This document shows, piece after piece, positions 40,629-54,383 of a stretch of DNA of 64,000 nucleotides (position 1 is the first letter of the stretch; each line of letters starts with the position of its first letter). The stretch comes from Chrysomallon squamiferum (taxonomy: Eukaryota > Animalia > Mollusca). The stretch covers positions 4,402,001-4,466,000 of the forward strand of contig CM022670.1 of the NCBI GenBank assembly GCA_012295275.1, read 5' to 3'. The position numbers and the translations under genes were made by a program. The notes under the pieces were generated by a model. The model saw nothing but the letters and a program-made list of their open reading frames with translations, was not told the origin of the DNA and did no database searches.

Positions 40629-43537
40629 TATTTATTATTATTATTATTTTTTTTTTAAACTTAACCTAACTAAATATTCTTTGTGCATTGTAAATAGTCA
40701 GTCAGTGAAATTCATTTTCACTTCTGAATTTTGTTATTTCTGTTTAAAAAATCATTATTAAATTTGTCTCGGAATAACAATGATTATGATTTTAATGTCA
40801 GAATTTCATTTTTTTAAAAAGAAAGTGAATAAAAACACATAAATTGTCAGAAGTGGGATTTGAACCCACGCCCACATTCGTGGACCAGAACACTCGTTCA
40901 CGTTTAACACATGAAGGTAACAAACCTTGAGTCTGGCGCCTTAGACCACTCGGCCATCCTGACACATGCCTACTACATGGTTATAACAAGTTAAATATTA
41001 TATTAAACATCCTTGTATCAGAATATTTTTAAATAACACACGAGAAACAACAACAACAGCAGTAATAATAATGATAATAATAATAATAATCACAACAGCA
41101 ACAACAACAATAATAATAATTATTATAACAACAATAATAATAATAACAGTATTAGAATTAGTACTAGCATCAATTGAAATAATAGCTGTAATAGTTACAG
41201 TTATTATGGGAGTTTTAGTATTGATATTTCTTGCTATGTCATAGAATAGTTGTTGTAGAAGTAGTAGTAGTAGTAGTTAGTGTACTAATAGTGACAGGAC
41301 AGCTAAAGCAGTTGCAATAATCTGTAAAATTTAGAATGTAAATCTCTCATTTTTCATTTAAAACATTATTTTCATCCTTCGTTAATACAAAATCCTTTTC
41401 AGGATTTTCTCAGCTAACCTACTTTTAACCCGTCTTTATTTGGTTTTCAAAGGGGATTGTGATTTCTCACCTTTTCTTCGCAAGTGTAAAGACTTTGAAT
41501 TCAGAAAATCATGAACCTTTAGATTGGATAACAGTTCTGTAACCCCAGTTAATTAGCGAGAGCTGGCCAAGTTTGTATTTGTCTTTCCCCTCAAGGCTGT
41601 TGGCTGACCACGGACTGTTTGTCAGCCCAGTAATAACAGCACACAATTTGCTTATCACTCTTTTTGTTGACCATTGCCGAATGCCCCATAGAGGTAGCTC
41701 TAGAGAAAGCACTGTGAACGTTACCGGTTCTGCTTAAAATCTTTACAACTCAGTCCATCCAGCGTCCGAGAGTATTTAAACAGTTTATCAACAAATTGTT
41801 TACAGACTGTCGAAATCAAGACATTTTCCAAAACTCGTTCCATTCTTCCGTATCTACAAGCTGTTATTGTCCGCGGTACGAGAGCAGCGTGGTAGTATTT
41901 GCGTTGTAATTTGCCAGTAGGTTGTAACCTTACACACTCTTGCATCACTTCGTTTGGAAACGACCATGTCAAATGATGCCGCTTGATTATCCAAACAAGA
42001 AGACGTACTTGCCTCCGACACCAATGGGTGTGATTTCATTTCGCTGCTTTCATCTCTTGTTATCTGTGCAGATAATATACTAAACACGGGTGTGAGGACG
42101 GAGGCAAACAGGGCTTGCTTACGACAAATTCAAACAATGGAATCACCGCACCTGTACTGATACGTTTCATACGAGTGTTAGAGGTGTGAATGCAGATTTG
42201 GAGATAGGGGCAAAGATTCGGTTGTTAGGTCGTTTTCGTACATACCGAGCATTTCGCATATCTTTGTTAGGTAACGCCAAATCTTCTGTGTAACTAGTTT
42301 CGAAGTGCGCAATTAGTGTTTTTGTAAAATGGGTATTTGTTATTACAGTGTTTTGATTGGTTTCTGAATAACTTACAGTGAACCAGTGTACGTTAGACAG
42401 TTTTCATATCCCTCTTTCTCTCCCTCTCCTCCTATTTTTCTCTTATTCTCCTTAATGTTATCTTACGTGCTCCTATTAATAAATTATTGTTACTATTAAT
42501 ATTATAGTGTGTTGCATAATATACTGAAATGTATAACTGGTATATAACAATAGCTATATCTTAGTCATATAATTGCAGCTTGCATCACATCTTTTTCAGT
42601 CAATAAATATTATATTGCAATGCATTACAACTTCCATTTTAACTAAGTACGTGTATTTTTTATGATATTCCAGCTTGCACAAAACTCTGAAAATGCAGAG
42701 GTCCAAAGTGTGACTTCGAGAGAATCGACTACAAGTGACAGTGGACGAGGTGGAAGTGAAGATGACAGCCAAAGACCAATTTCACCACACCAAGGTACAC
42801 ACACATACCACATCATTTATACCTTTATATTACGTATGCATCGAAACAAGATTCCCTTTAGTAGTAGTAGCAGCAACATAATAGCAGTAGTAACAGAAGT
42901 AGTAACAGTAGCAGCAGTAGCAGTACCAGCAGCAGCAACTGCAGCAGTAGAGTAGTAGTAGTAATAGCAGCAGTAGTACTAGTATATTTTAGGGTACTTT
43001 TTATTTTAGAAATCGTAAAAGATTTGGAATTTCATCTGTTACGATAATTACAAAATTTTTACTGGAAAAAATAAACACTGTCATTATTAATGTTGCAGCT
43101 TTTCATGTAATTTAGTTTTTAAAAAACGCAAAATATATTTATGAAGTAAAACTCAAAAACGAAAAATTATAGATTTAAAAATACGGAAGAAGGAAACAAA
43201 ATAATTTTTAAAAAGCTAAGAAATCCCATAAATTTCACAAAGAGAAATGTAATGAATATTCTCATGTTTGGTGCGCATTAAATAAGAAATGGCGGTTTAA
43301 AACGTTAAGCGTGTGATTTTGTTGTTTTCTTTAAATCGATACTTTTCTAGAAAACAATAAAAACTAACATTAAAATAGCTTTTACTTTCCTTTCGCATGT
43401 TTTTAAGCCATACCTTTTTAAAAAGAGAACCATTAGTTAAAACTTTTTTCTTTCAATTAAAACTGTTGCCAATGTCAAAAATATTCTCCATTTTGGGGGA
43501 CTGTAAATTTTTGTTTCAGCGTGACAAAACTTTATTA

Positions 43538-43594
<57 letters not shown>

Positions 43595-44237
43595 GAAAAG
43601 ACTTGTACGGTGTCTTTAGCTACTTATTGTAAAAAAAAAAAAAAAAATTAACTTTAGTGCAACAAACAGGAAAATCTGTGATAAAATAACAGGTGTAGAT
43701 AAATATATGTTATCAGTTTATTTGCTATTTCCAGGTGTTGACTTGAGCACCGTGTCGAAGAAGAACATAGCTGCTCCGACAATCCCACCAAGACAGCGAT
43801 TTGACGACAACATCTGTTTTAGTTCTAACTTTCAAAACCGCCAGTCTCCGGGCAGAAACACCACACTGTGCGACACGTCTTACAAAAACTACCACGTGGG
43901 CCTCCAGAGAAAGAAACCAGAACACAGCAGCATTCGCGGCAACAGTTCAAGTATGATATCGAAAGACAAGTTAGGAAACGCGTTCGTGCCTCAGTCCACT
44001 GCTACTAAAAGAGTGAGTTTCCAAGAAGACAGTTTAGCTGTGAACATTGCCGACTGGGCGGTCCGCTCGTCGGATTCGAACTACCAGTCTCTCAAACAGC
44101 CGCTAGGTGGCGGGCTGGGACACCTCGGTTCGTACAGCAGTTTACCGTGCAGCGTGGATGACGACGCCAGCACCACGACATCGGGAAGTTATACAGTGCA
44201 ATTGGAAGATTTTGATGATATGTATTGTAATAGTTAA
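35356..44237 (+). CDS. Protocadherin, 7 cadherin repeats, delta1-like (PCDH1/7/9/11-type architecture), 1122 aa in 3 coding exons
   Basis: Signal peptide; EC1 with DREEVC-x5-C; six Dx(N)DNxP-type linkers giving 7 EC repeats; TM segment ~37741-37815; splice phases 0 and 1 join exons 35356-38100, 42674-42794, 43735-44237. Exact orthology cannot be assigned. Confidence 0.93.
38139..38304. repeat. (TTA)n then (CT)n microsatellites just after the large protocadherin exon
   Basis: Direct reading. Confidence 0.95.
40845..40963 (-). tRNA. trnL-CAA: tRNA-Leu(CAA), 35 nt intron at 40891-40925; antisense within a protocadherin intron
   Basis: Reverse complement of the same exons; T5 downstream. Confidence 0.96.
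42674..42794 (+). CDS. Protocadherin cytoplasmic exon with CM1-like SDSGRGGSEDD
   Basis: attccag acceptor, AAG|GTACAC donor, phase 0 to 1. Confidence 0.88.
43735..44237 (+). CDS. Protocadherin last coding exon (KRVSF, DDDASTTTSGSY)
   Basis: tttccag acceptor, phase 1 matches ORF 43707-44237; TAA then AATAAA at 44249-44254. Confidence 0.88.
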
Positions 44238-46213
44238 TGAAGTAGCGAAATAAAAAAATATTTTTTAATAAAATAATTTTGTTTATTTATTTTATCGTTA
44301 ATAACAATATATAATACCCCACGCACATACAAATTTTATTGTGTGAGTTTTTTTTTTACTTCACACTGATTATATGCTGAATAAATTGGTTGTATTTGTC
44401 AGAAAAATGATAACTGATTACCTATCAATCGGCTTATATGTTTTTATTGATGGTGCGATGTTAAATGTTTATTCATTTATTCATTCCTCTCTGTATTCAC
44501 CGATTTATATGTTCATTATAATAAAAAATGTAATGATAATTTTAATGGGTTTATAGAAATACGCACAGCGAAGAGCCGTTTGACAAGGATACTAAAATAA
44601 CAGCAATAAATTGAATGAAGACAGAGCTGAAAATATATTTCCTGAAAACAACAGCTGTTTCTTTAATTAAATAGTAAATTATTATTAGTAGTAGCAGCAG
44701 TCTGTTATACTGCTACTGCTGTTATCACTACTTCTACTACTACTACTTAATAATAATAATAATAATAATAATAATAGTGACAAATAAAGAATTAATAAAA
44801 GTGACAAAATAAGGAATCACAGACATTTTTCTTATTACTAATGTCCATTATTTATGGACGCTTATATGTATATGTATATATGTATATACTGCGCGTGTCT
44901 ATCCATATAATTATGCTAATATTAACACAATAGCAAAACAACAGGAGCAACTTTATGCTAACTGCTGCAAATAACATTAACAAAATAAACACACTTCAGA
45001 ATTTTATTTCTGTCTATTTTTCTTTTTTTTAAAATAAATTATTCATTACGGTTGCCTTCATATCTCAAACGTATCTCGAAACAGAAATACTTCACGTCCA
45101 AATTTAGACATCAAAGTCGTAGCTGAACTGGTTACGCCAGCCTGGGGCATGATCCTCTCAGTCTCTGTCTCTCTCTGTCTCTCTCTCGCTTTCACTCTGT
45201 ACCGAAGGTGATTCAGTTTGAAGGCGGATTCAAAGTCGTTTCCTGTGGACACAGGCAAGTGTCATCCTCATTACTGGCGAAGCTACCGGCTCTACGCGCC
45301 CTGGGGTCCAGCCAGGCCTCCGATAGTGTCAGTGGTGACACTACAAAGGGTTCACGCCATGGGGTCAAGTTTTGACTTGGCGAAGGTGTCGCTTCTGTAA
45401 TGGGAAAGAATGCGGCCTCCAGCAAGAGACTGTTATTAATAAGAGAAAATTTGCATTATCGTCGTAAAAATAGAAGGCGAAAAGAATGAATATAAAAGAA
45501 AACTTGTTAATTGTTTCTTTGTAAGCTGAGTTGATCTTGTTTTTTTTGTTGTTTTTTTCGATATGAAGGAATGATTGTGGTGTGCAGAAATAGAAATAAC
45601 AAGCGAGCGATTCAAATTAATGCATTTTTACTTGGAAAAAAAATGTTGATGAAAAGATAAATCCGTATTGTTTTAGTAATAACAGTCTGTTTCGGCATTT
45701 CTTTTTTTTTTTTCTTCTTCTTTTATCTTCCTAATGTATATTTATGTATCTGTCAGTCTGTTTATTTATTTAAATACTTATATGTATATATTTTTTTTTT
45801 TTTTTTTTATTATTATTTTTTTGTTTATTGACTCAGTGCACACCTACACAAGGGATATTTTCAATTTTGTCTCAAGAGAATTTAAACTGCATCGTGCTTC
45901 CCTCTCTTGTTGTAATGATTTCACAGTTAAAATGCATAATAAAATATTGATTGATTTATTTCTTTTCAAAATAATGTTTATTTCATTATGAAACAAATTT
46001 TATATACATTTTACAAAAGTATCTTGCCAATTTTAAAAAACAGTGCACGCTTTAATAAAATGACAGAAATAGAAAATAATAATAATCGTTGAACAAAATA
46101 AATAAATAAATAAAATAAAATCTTTAAAAATTGTAATCATTGTTTCGCTTTTGTAGATATAACAACAGCACCGGCAACATAACAACAACAACAGCAATAA
46201 TAATAACAATAAA

Positions 46214-46244
<31 letters not shown>

Positions 46245-46906
46245 TGAAATTAATAATGCAACAGTAATTATATTATCAGTGACAAACATAACGTCATCGG
46301 CAATATCATAACACCATCAGTAACAACGACAAAAAAAAAAAAAAAACCTTTACCTTAAACACATTTCAAAAATACCTAGTTCGAATACAGCCATTGTTCA
46401 AAAACGTTCAAGCTCATCGGCATTTAAAATGAATCTTTTGAAATCGTTTTATTTTTTAAAGAGAAATTTTAAATAATTCAAAAGGAATCAATACAAGTAT
46501 TGGATTGCGAAGACAGTATTTTATCACATTAATATTGCTGCAAATGAATCAAACTATCAAGTTAATGTATTTGTTTGAGGTAATGCTTTTATCACGTAAT
46601 CGTGATGTCATGAATGGCTGAATCTTGTAACGAGGAATTCTATTGGCTTCAATCAGCGAATTAAACAGCAGATTGATTTTGTGATTTAGACCCTTGAAAC
46701 CATCCCATTGTTACCGGGCTGCGGCAGTGATGAAACACGTATACTGTGTGTAATACAATGCTTAATGCAAATACGAAGAAGGAGAAGAAGAAAAAACAGA
46801 AAATGTTTCCGAATAATGGGTAGATGATTAATGGCGATGTCATATTACGTAAAACATTTAAACTGCAATTGGAGATGAAAATATAAATCAATTATTTTTA
46901 AGTACA

Positions 46907-46938
<32 letters not shown>

Positions 46939-47186
46939 GTTAAGTTTTTTTTTTTTTTTTTTAATTGTTAAGTTAAGGTAAATAATCTTGCTGCAACTGT
47001 TGCTACTGCTATTTATATTATATAAACAAAAACTATTTAAACAATACACATACGCACAAGCACAAACACTTGCAAGCACTCGTGTGTGTTTCCAGATATA
47101 TACTACATACAATAAATAATTTTACTTGCTAATGTATGCATGTATGTTCGTATGTGTATGTGTGATGTGTGTTGTATGTATGTCTG

Positions 47187-47218
<32 letters not shown>

Positions 47219-47238
47219 TGTATGTATGTATGTATGTA

Positions 47239-47283
<45 letters not shown>

Positions 47284-47436
47284 CGTGTGTTGTTTTTGTT
47301 TGAGTTTTGTCTTAACCAGTCGTTAGGTTGGCCTAATATGAATCCACAAAACCAGTTTGTGTAAGTGCGGGTAGCCTGTTTTGATGTAAATAGGGATTTT
47401 CTAATTTAAAAAAAAAAAAAAATTAATTTTATTTTA

Positions 47437-47561
<125 letters not shown>

Positions 47562-47884
47562 TTTATTTATTTTTTATACATTTTTTGTACCAAGAACCAA
47601 CTATATTGAACATGGAGCAGGGTATACCAAGTAATAAAACTGAATTAGTTTATTCGTAATTCAATCGTAATTATTTCTGCATTTAGTATGTTATTTATTA
47701 CATTAATAACTGATGATAAATCGACAAAAGAGTACGGATTTATCGAATAATCTCTGATTAATAATTTCTAGATTCTAGTTAAAGATAAACAAATGGCTAC
47801 CGATTAAATAAACGGCGCCGACATGTAACAGGAATAAATATTAGATCCATTAATACACTCAACCTTCCTGACACACCAGTTTAA

Positions 47885-48160
<276 letters not shown>

Positions 48161-48843
48161 ATAGTAATAGTAATAAAAGTATATTATACTGAATGAAAAA
48201 TTACCAACAGAACGAGAAACCTACAGACGAAGCAACGAAAGATGCGGATTCTGTAATTAGTTTATAAATGTCGTTACTCACTGGAAAGGAACGAGTTTAT
48301 GGTGAACGACTGTGATGATGGCAATACGAATCCTTTTGGGAGAAAGAAATAAAATTTACTAAAGACAGTAATTTGGTTTAATACGTGTTCTGTGTATCAT
48401 TGTATGTCTGCATATCTTTTTTTTTCTTTTTGTCTGTCTGTCTCGCTGTCTATCTGTCTCGATTCCAACAACGTCAAAAATATTTGATTTTGTCCGGGAA
48501 TTCCTAAGGCTTGGAAAAGATTGAAGTGCAATCCTGGCTGTTATCTGATGTTGCAGATAAAAGAAATTTATCTCCATTTTTAGAAGCTTAAGGGCAGAAG
48601 TTTAAATATTATACCACCAAGGCGAATTACGACAATGAAAAATGAATACATAAAAAGTAATCAATAGATAAACAAACAAGCGGTAAATTGATGCATGTAA
48701 ATAAGACATTTATGATTATACGGAAGGTATTAAAAGAAGAAGATAGAAAAAATAAGAATAATTAATAAACCGAAATGGATATATTGATAAATGGATTACG
48801 AAAGAGATGTGTCTCGTCTTATATATATACATATATTATATTT

Positions 48844-48874
<31 letters not shown>

Positions 48875-51800
48875 GAGAAAGAAGTAAATGTAGATAGTTA
48901 AATAACAGAAGCAGATATTACATGGAACAATCCATATAAAGGTCTGAAAGAAAATTAACTACAGTAAAGCAAATCAACTTAATGAAATGAAGAGCATACT
49001 GACATGTAGATAACGATCATGACATCATTTGTCAATTATATCTTAAAAACGAAGACATTAGCACTGCACCGGTTCATTAAGTCAAAAATTTGAGAACATT
49101 TTCGTTTTTGAAAAGGATAAAAAAAAATTAAATATCAGTAAGATCTTTGTATCGCACGGACAGAAACGTACTAACAATGGGGACCCATTTGCGACCAATT
49201 AGGAAAGCATTCGACGCAGTTCATTCATATTATTAACTTCAAATTGAACGCTTTAACTCCGTCCGTAAAAACTCAATTTACGGAACATAACACGCTGAGT
49301 GTTTCTAATTCAAGCGACAAAGGCACTAAAGTGTTTACCCTCAGAATTACACCTGCATGGCATCCCTTTGATCGACTCCTCGCTGAACAGGTAATCTCTA
49401 CTTTGCAGAAACAATTATGGACTGTAAACAAATTTGTTTTGTTTCAAAACAGTCTCTCTTGGATCTTGAAATGCAGACGAAGGCTAAGCTGAATACTAAT
49501 GAAATATTTTTTTCTCTCTGACTGACAGATGGAAGACGTTTCTAAGGAAGTCGATGTTTGTTTGACAACATTACAATGGCAGTCTGCGTCCAATATTTTT
49601 TCCCCTACATTGCGGCTTGTGTGCTGAGTCCAAGCGCGAACTAAATGATGCGACGCTGTCATTGTACTGACGGAAAGAAGAACCTGAATCAGGTGCTGCC
49701 GTAGTCGTGGTTTCAATGCCACGGCTGGCACGATGGCCTCCGGGGTCACTGGAAGGTGTCTGTGTACAAGGTATTATAGACTTGTGAGACGAGACGACGT
49801 AGCATGTGTTGTGTGAAGCTGCCCACCTGCGTTTGCTTTGAGTGGAAACACAAGTTGTGGCTTGCTGCTGCAAACATGAAGTTGCTTGCCCAATTTTTAA
49901 ATTATTGATGACAACAGTAAAGCAAATGTTTTGTAAATTTTAATAATATTCATAACGGTTTGTCGTGACAATAATTATTTGTTCAAAAGTGTAATCACGG
50001 CTGAAGTAGAACAAGAAAAAGAAAATGAAAATATAGAAGAAGAAGAATAAAATATCATTTTCAGTTTTGCAGACATAATATTTCTAAATAAGTACTGATC
50101 GTTCTAGTCATATTACAGTGTTTAAACATAATATTAATAGTTTATCCAGCACAAATGAAACAATACTTTATTTATAATTAAAATTACCATCATTATCATT
50201 GCAACCAGGTTGATGATTATTTACTTTTTTATTTTTGTATTTTTTCAATAAATTTTATTTTTGTTTGATGAAGCCTGATTTTTATGCTGCGATTTTTAAA
50301 AGAACACCAATAAATAAATAAATAAATAAATGAATAAATACGAAGAAAAAGAAATATTTCAAATAGGGTTATTATTTAAGTAAGAAACAATTCTTCCATA
50401 TCTTTTGCACTGATTAATATTTACCCAGATCTCATCAGCAGTATCATATTAACCTTTAACCTAGATGCTATCAATACTGGTAGAGCAAATATTATCAAAA
50501 CTCAAGATGCGAAAGCTTTCTTATTGTGGGTTTTGAATCGTTATATCCTTCACTAATAATTATTTTTGGAACGAAAAATTCCCAAACATTCAATGTGTAA
50601 CAACTACAAATTTTGTATTTTTAAACTTTCAGCGTTAACATCGTTTGAAAGGAAACGCGATCTCTGACAGCAAACACATATTTAAACTCTATTACATTCT
50701 CAGCATTGTCCGGCATACGATTGAGAGATAGAATATCCAATAAGGGTGCTGCCTTTCACACTTTGGAAAACATCGCTTTAGAAACTGTAGATGCGAGGAC
50801 TACCCCAGGGTTTCACCTTGCCGCCCTTCTTGTTAATAGAACTCTTGGTCAGCTCGGGTGTATTACCAAACTGCGTGTCTCTGGACAACGAGTCAAGTGA
50901 TTATGAAAACAGAAAACACACACATGACGAAGGTGTTTAGCTCTGAGTAGTGGACATGTGGTTAAGTTCGCGTTTGACCTCTCAACCCGATACAGCTGAC
51001 TCTTGCTAATTAGATGCTGAAGCACACCCGAATAAAAGATACAAGAGTGCGCTTGGCGAGTCTATGCTTTCCACCTCTTGTTTTTGTGGACAATGGCGTC
51101 GGAAAGAGTCGACAGACGGCAATTATCAGCTTGTTTTCAGATGATGTACTGCTGAAACTTTTTTTTTGTTCTTTAGGAATTTCTTCTTTTAAAGAAAAAA
51201 AAAAAAAATGAAAATAGTATGACCTTTCTCGTTTATTTATAGTTTCAGTAAGACAGTGTGTTGACAGAAATCCAACTCTGTTTCGTTTGGACATGTGTGT
51301 GTATGGGTGTGCATATGTTTGTGAGTTTGCATTGTTTTTATTTGGTGTTAAATTTCATGGTTATAAGAATTGACAGCTTCTTCTGGATATAAGCAACTAG
51401 CCTAAAGTTTATCTTCTTAAAATAAATAGAAATAAAAATAAAATAAAATAAAGCAGAAGAATATATTAAGTCATAATTAATGATGATGATGACGGGATAA
51501 TAATTTTACTGATGTTGTCGACATTAACAAAAAGAAGATCAATCAATTATGATATTGATGATCTTGGCAAGAAGAAGAAGAAAAAGAAGAAGAGAAACGT
51601 ACAAGAACAACTGATTCATTTCACAATGAAATATCCTTTATGACAAATTTCAGATGACAGTTTTAGTGGTTTAGCGAATTTGCAAAATTAGTGTTCTGGT
51701 AATATTAGACTAAGTTTCAATATTGTTAAAATCAGTATAAACTAATTATTATTAAGTATGCTTTCTCTAATATATGTAATACTCAGCTATTAAACAGATT

Positions 51801-54264
51801 ACACTAAGGAGTGTATACATGAAAACACATAATTAGTAGACAAAGGTTTATTGTTAACATCATTAGCATTAATCAGCATTAATAAACATCGATGTCCTTT
51901 AGCTCTCATGCCCACAGCGACGTCGCTGCTTTGTTGTTTCAGCAACAGCAGTGCTGTGGTCATCTGCATATCCTCGGCTTGGTAGGCGTCCACTGGGCAG
52001 TTAGTTGTCGCATTAATCAAGCATGAATCCCCGGAAGATGGACTGGCCATTCTCAGACCAGTCCCTTATCAGCGGTTTGCTTGTACACATCCAGCAGTCG
52101 AGTCGGCTTCTGAAGTTTAATCTTGTCTCCGTGCAACATTTGGTGTATAATTATCTCCAGACACAGAATGAAAAAGCCATACATCTTCCCAGACACCTGC
52201 TGGACGAGCGTCCAAGTCTGTTTGTTAACAGAAGAGCTCGCCACGCGTGTTCAGAAGCGCCCTCTACATTTGGTGTTACTGCCAAGACAAAGCTTCTGTG
52301 GGGTCGGTAATGACATGCGTAAGAATGACGCGACGATGTTGTTTTGTCCAGGGGCTGTTTTGTAACAACAACCCAAACTTTAACCTCGGTAATTAATTGG
52401 AAACCCCGGCTATGTGTGTGAGTCTAGAGCTTGTTATCGTGTGGACAATTACTGTTTCAAATTACAAGGGAGACGAACAGAAATAAAAGCTCTTTTGTGA
52501 ATTCGTGGAATCGATATTGTTGAGATTCTCCGTTTAAATGTCTGCTGGTGTCAAGCAGGAATTTAATGTTTGTTTTCGAGAATTGAGACAAGGCATTCTC
52601 TGCAATAATATTGTTGTAAATGATTATGTTTGTTTATGCATTTGTTAATTTTGTAAAAGCTGCAACAAATTTTAGAAAAACAAACAAAAATAATCCCCCC
52701 AAAAAACAAAGAAACAAAGAAAGAAAAAAAACAACAACAAAAAACAATAAATAAATAACTAAATTAAGGAGTAAATATATAAACAGCAACGACAATAGCA
52801 AAACAATCCCAACAGAGTATAACAACAACAACAACAATAATAATAAACTATTTCGTTTTGGATATTTATAATAAAACTCGAGATAGTAAATTTGGACGAA
52901 TGCATCTTAAACCTCTGTGTCAGTTGTCCAGCGGTCAATATCCCTGTCCAATTTACAGTTTAGCCGACACTAAATAAAATTCGTTCTAGCCTTTAGGCAT
53001 GAGTAAACTGAATAAATGATGTTTCCAGTTTTGTGTCAGCTAAATGCTCTGTAGATTAACCATTATTTATATTCAACAAAGAACAATAATTTCCCTTGTT
53101 TTTATGTCAACCTTGATAGAAATGTTGTAAATTGTAGCAAATAAAGTGTTTGCCCAAAATAATCAGCTAGCGAAGAAAAGTATTAGACACATGTGTAGAC
53201 AGAAGCAATGAGTTATTCTGAAGTATTTTAGTATAATTTTATCTTATGTCAACATATAGAAAACCTGATTTTCGTTTCTAATGTTACCAAGATAAAATAA
53301 GAAAAACAAGAAAATATCAAGGGAAGATAAATAAATAAATAAATGAATAAATAAATCAACGATGACAATTATGATTATTATCAAGACTAATAATCGAAAA
53401 AGAAAGCGACTGAAATACAAGACGAGAAATAGCTGGAGACAGCAAGAATAAACAGATACATGTCTGTGTTAACTCGTTACAGTTCATTTTGTATCAGAAG
53501 CAGATGATTTAGGAAATAATAACAACATTTTTCAAACGCCCCTTCTCGTGAACAAACCACATTTATTAAGGTCATGCAGCCCACTCTGTCATATTTGGGG
53601 ATTAGTATTTTCGAATAAGCCTTTAATCCTGGATAAATGTAACGGTCCATCAAGTCAAATGTTTGGTCAGCGAGACGCTGGTCTTAAGAATGCATCAAGA
53701 TAGAACATCCGAGCATTGCAATTAGTCGCCATTTGTCTGAAACACGAGTCTTTTCCACGACTGCCGTTTAAACAGACACGAGACAAGCGAAACCGGATCC
53801 GGAAGAGCATCCATTTAAATAAGCAGTGAGTGATCTGTTAAGTGACAAGTGGATTAGAAAGCTGTAGTGAATTTAAAAAAAAAAAAAAAAAAAAAAAACG
53901 AACGAAAAGAAACCCGAACTCTCATTAGACCTTGGTATCCAAAATGTCATGATGGCAACTGCAAATTCTGTCTTTGAAGGATGAGAATGATGATGTCAGT
54001 GACGATGATCTAGTAGCAGAAAGCAGAATAATATTATCATAAATTTTCAACAAAAATATTAACTATGTTAATGAAATAAATGAATGTTAATATGCCGACA
54101 TTTTCCTGAAATGTGTAACTAAATAAATGAAAATTTAAACAGAGTACATATTTTCATGAGCTTATTTATTACAAGTTTTCATACTCGGTTTTTTTTTTTT
54201 TTTTTTTTTTGGTTTTCTGTAATGATTATGACATATATGTAATATACAGCTAACAAAGGTATGT

Positions 54265-54383
54265 GTCAGGATGGCCGAGCGGTCTAAGGCGCCAGACTCA
54301 AGGTTTGTTACCTTCACGTATTAAACGTGAACGAGTGTTCTGGTCCACGAATGTGGGCGTGGGTTCAAATCCCACTTCTGACA
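54265..54383 (+). tRNA. trnL-CAA: tRNA-Leu(CAA), 35 nt intron at 54303-54337
   Basis: Same exons except D-loop GAGCGG for GAGTGG; long T run immediately downstream. Confidence 0.96.
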
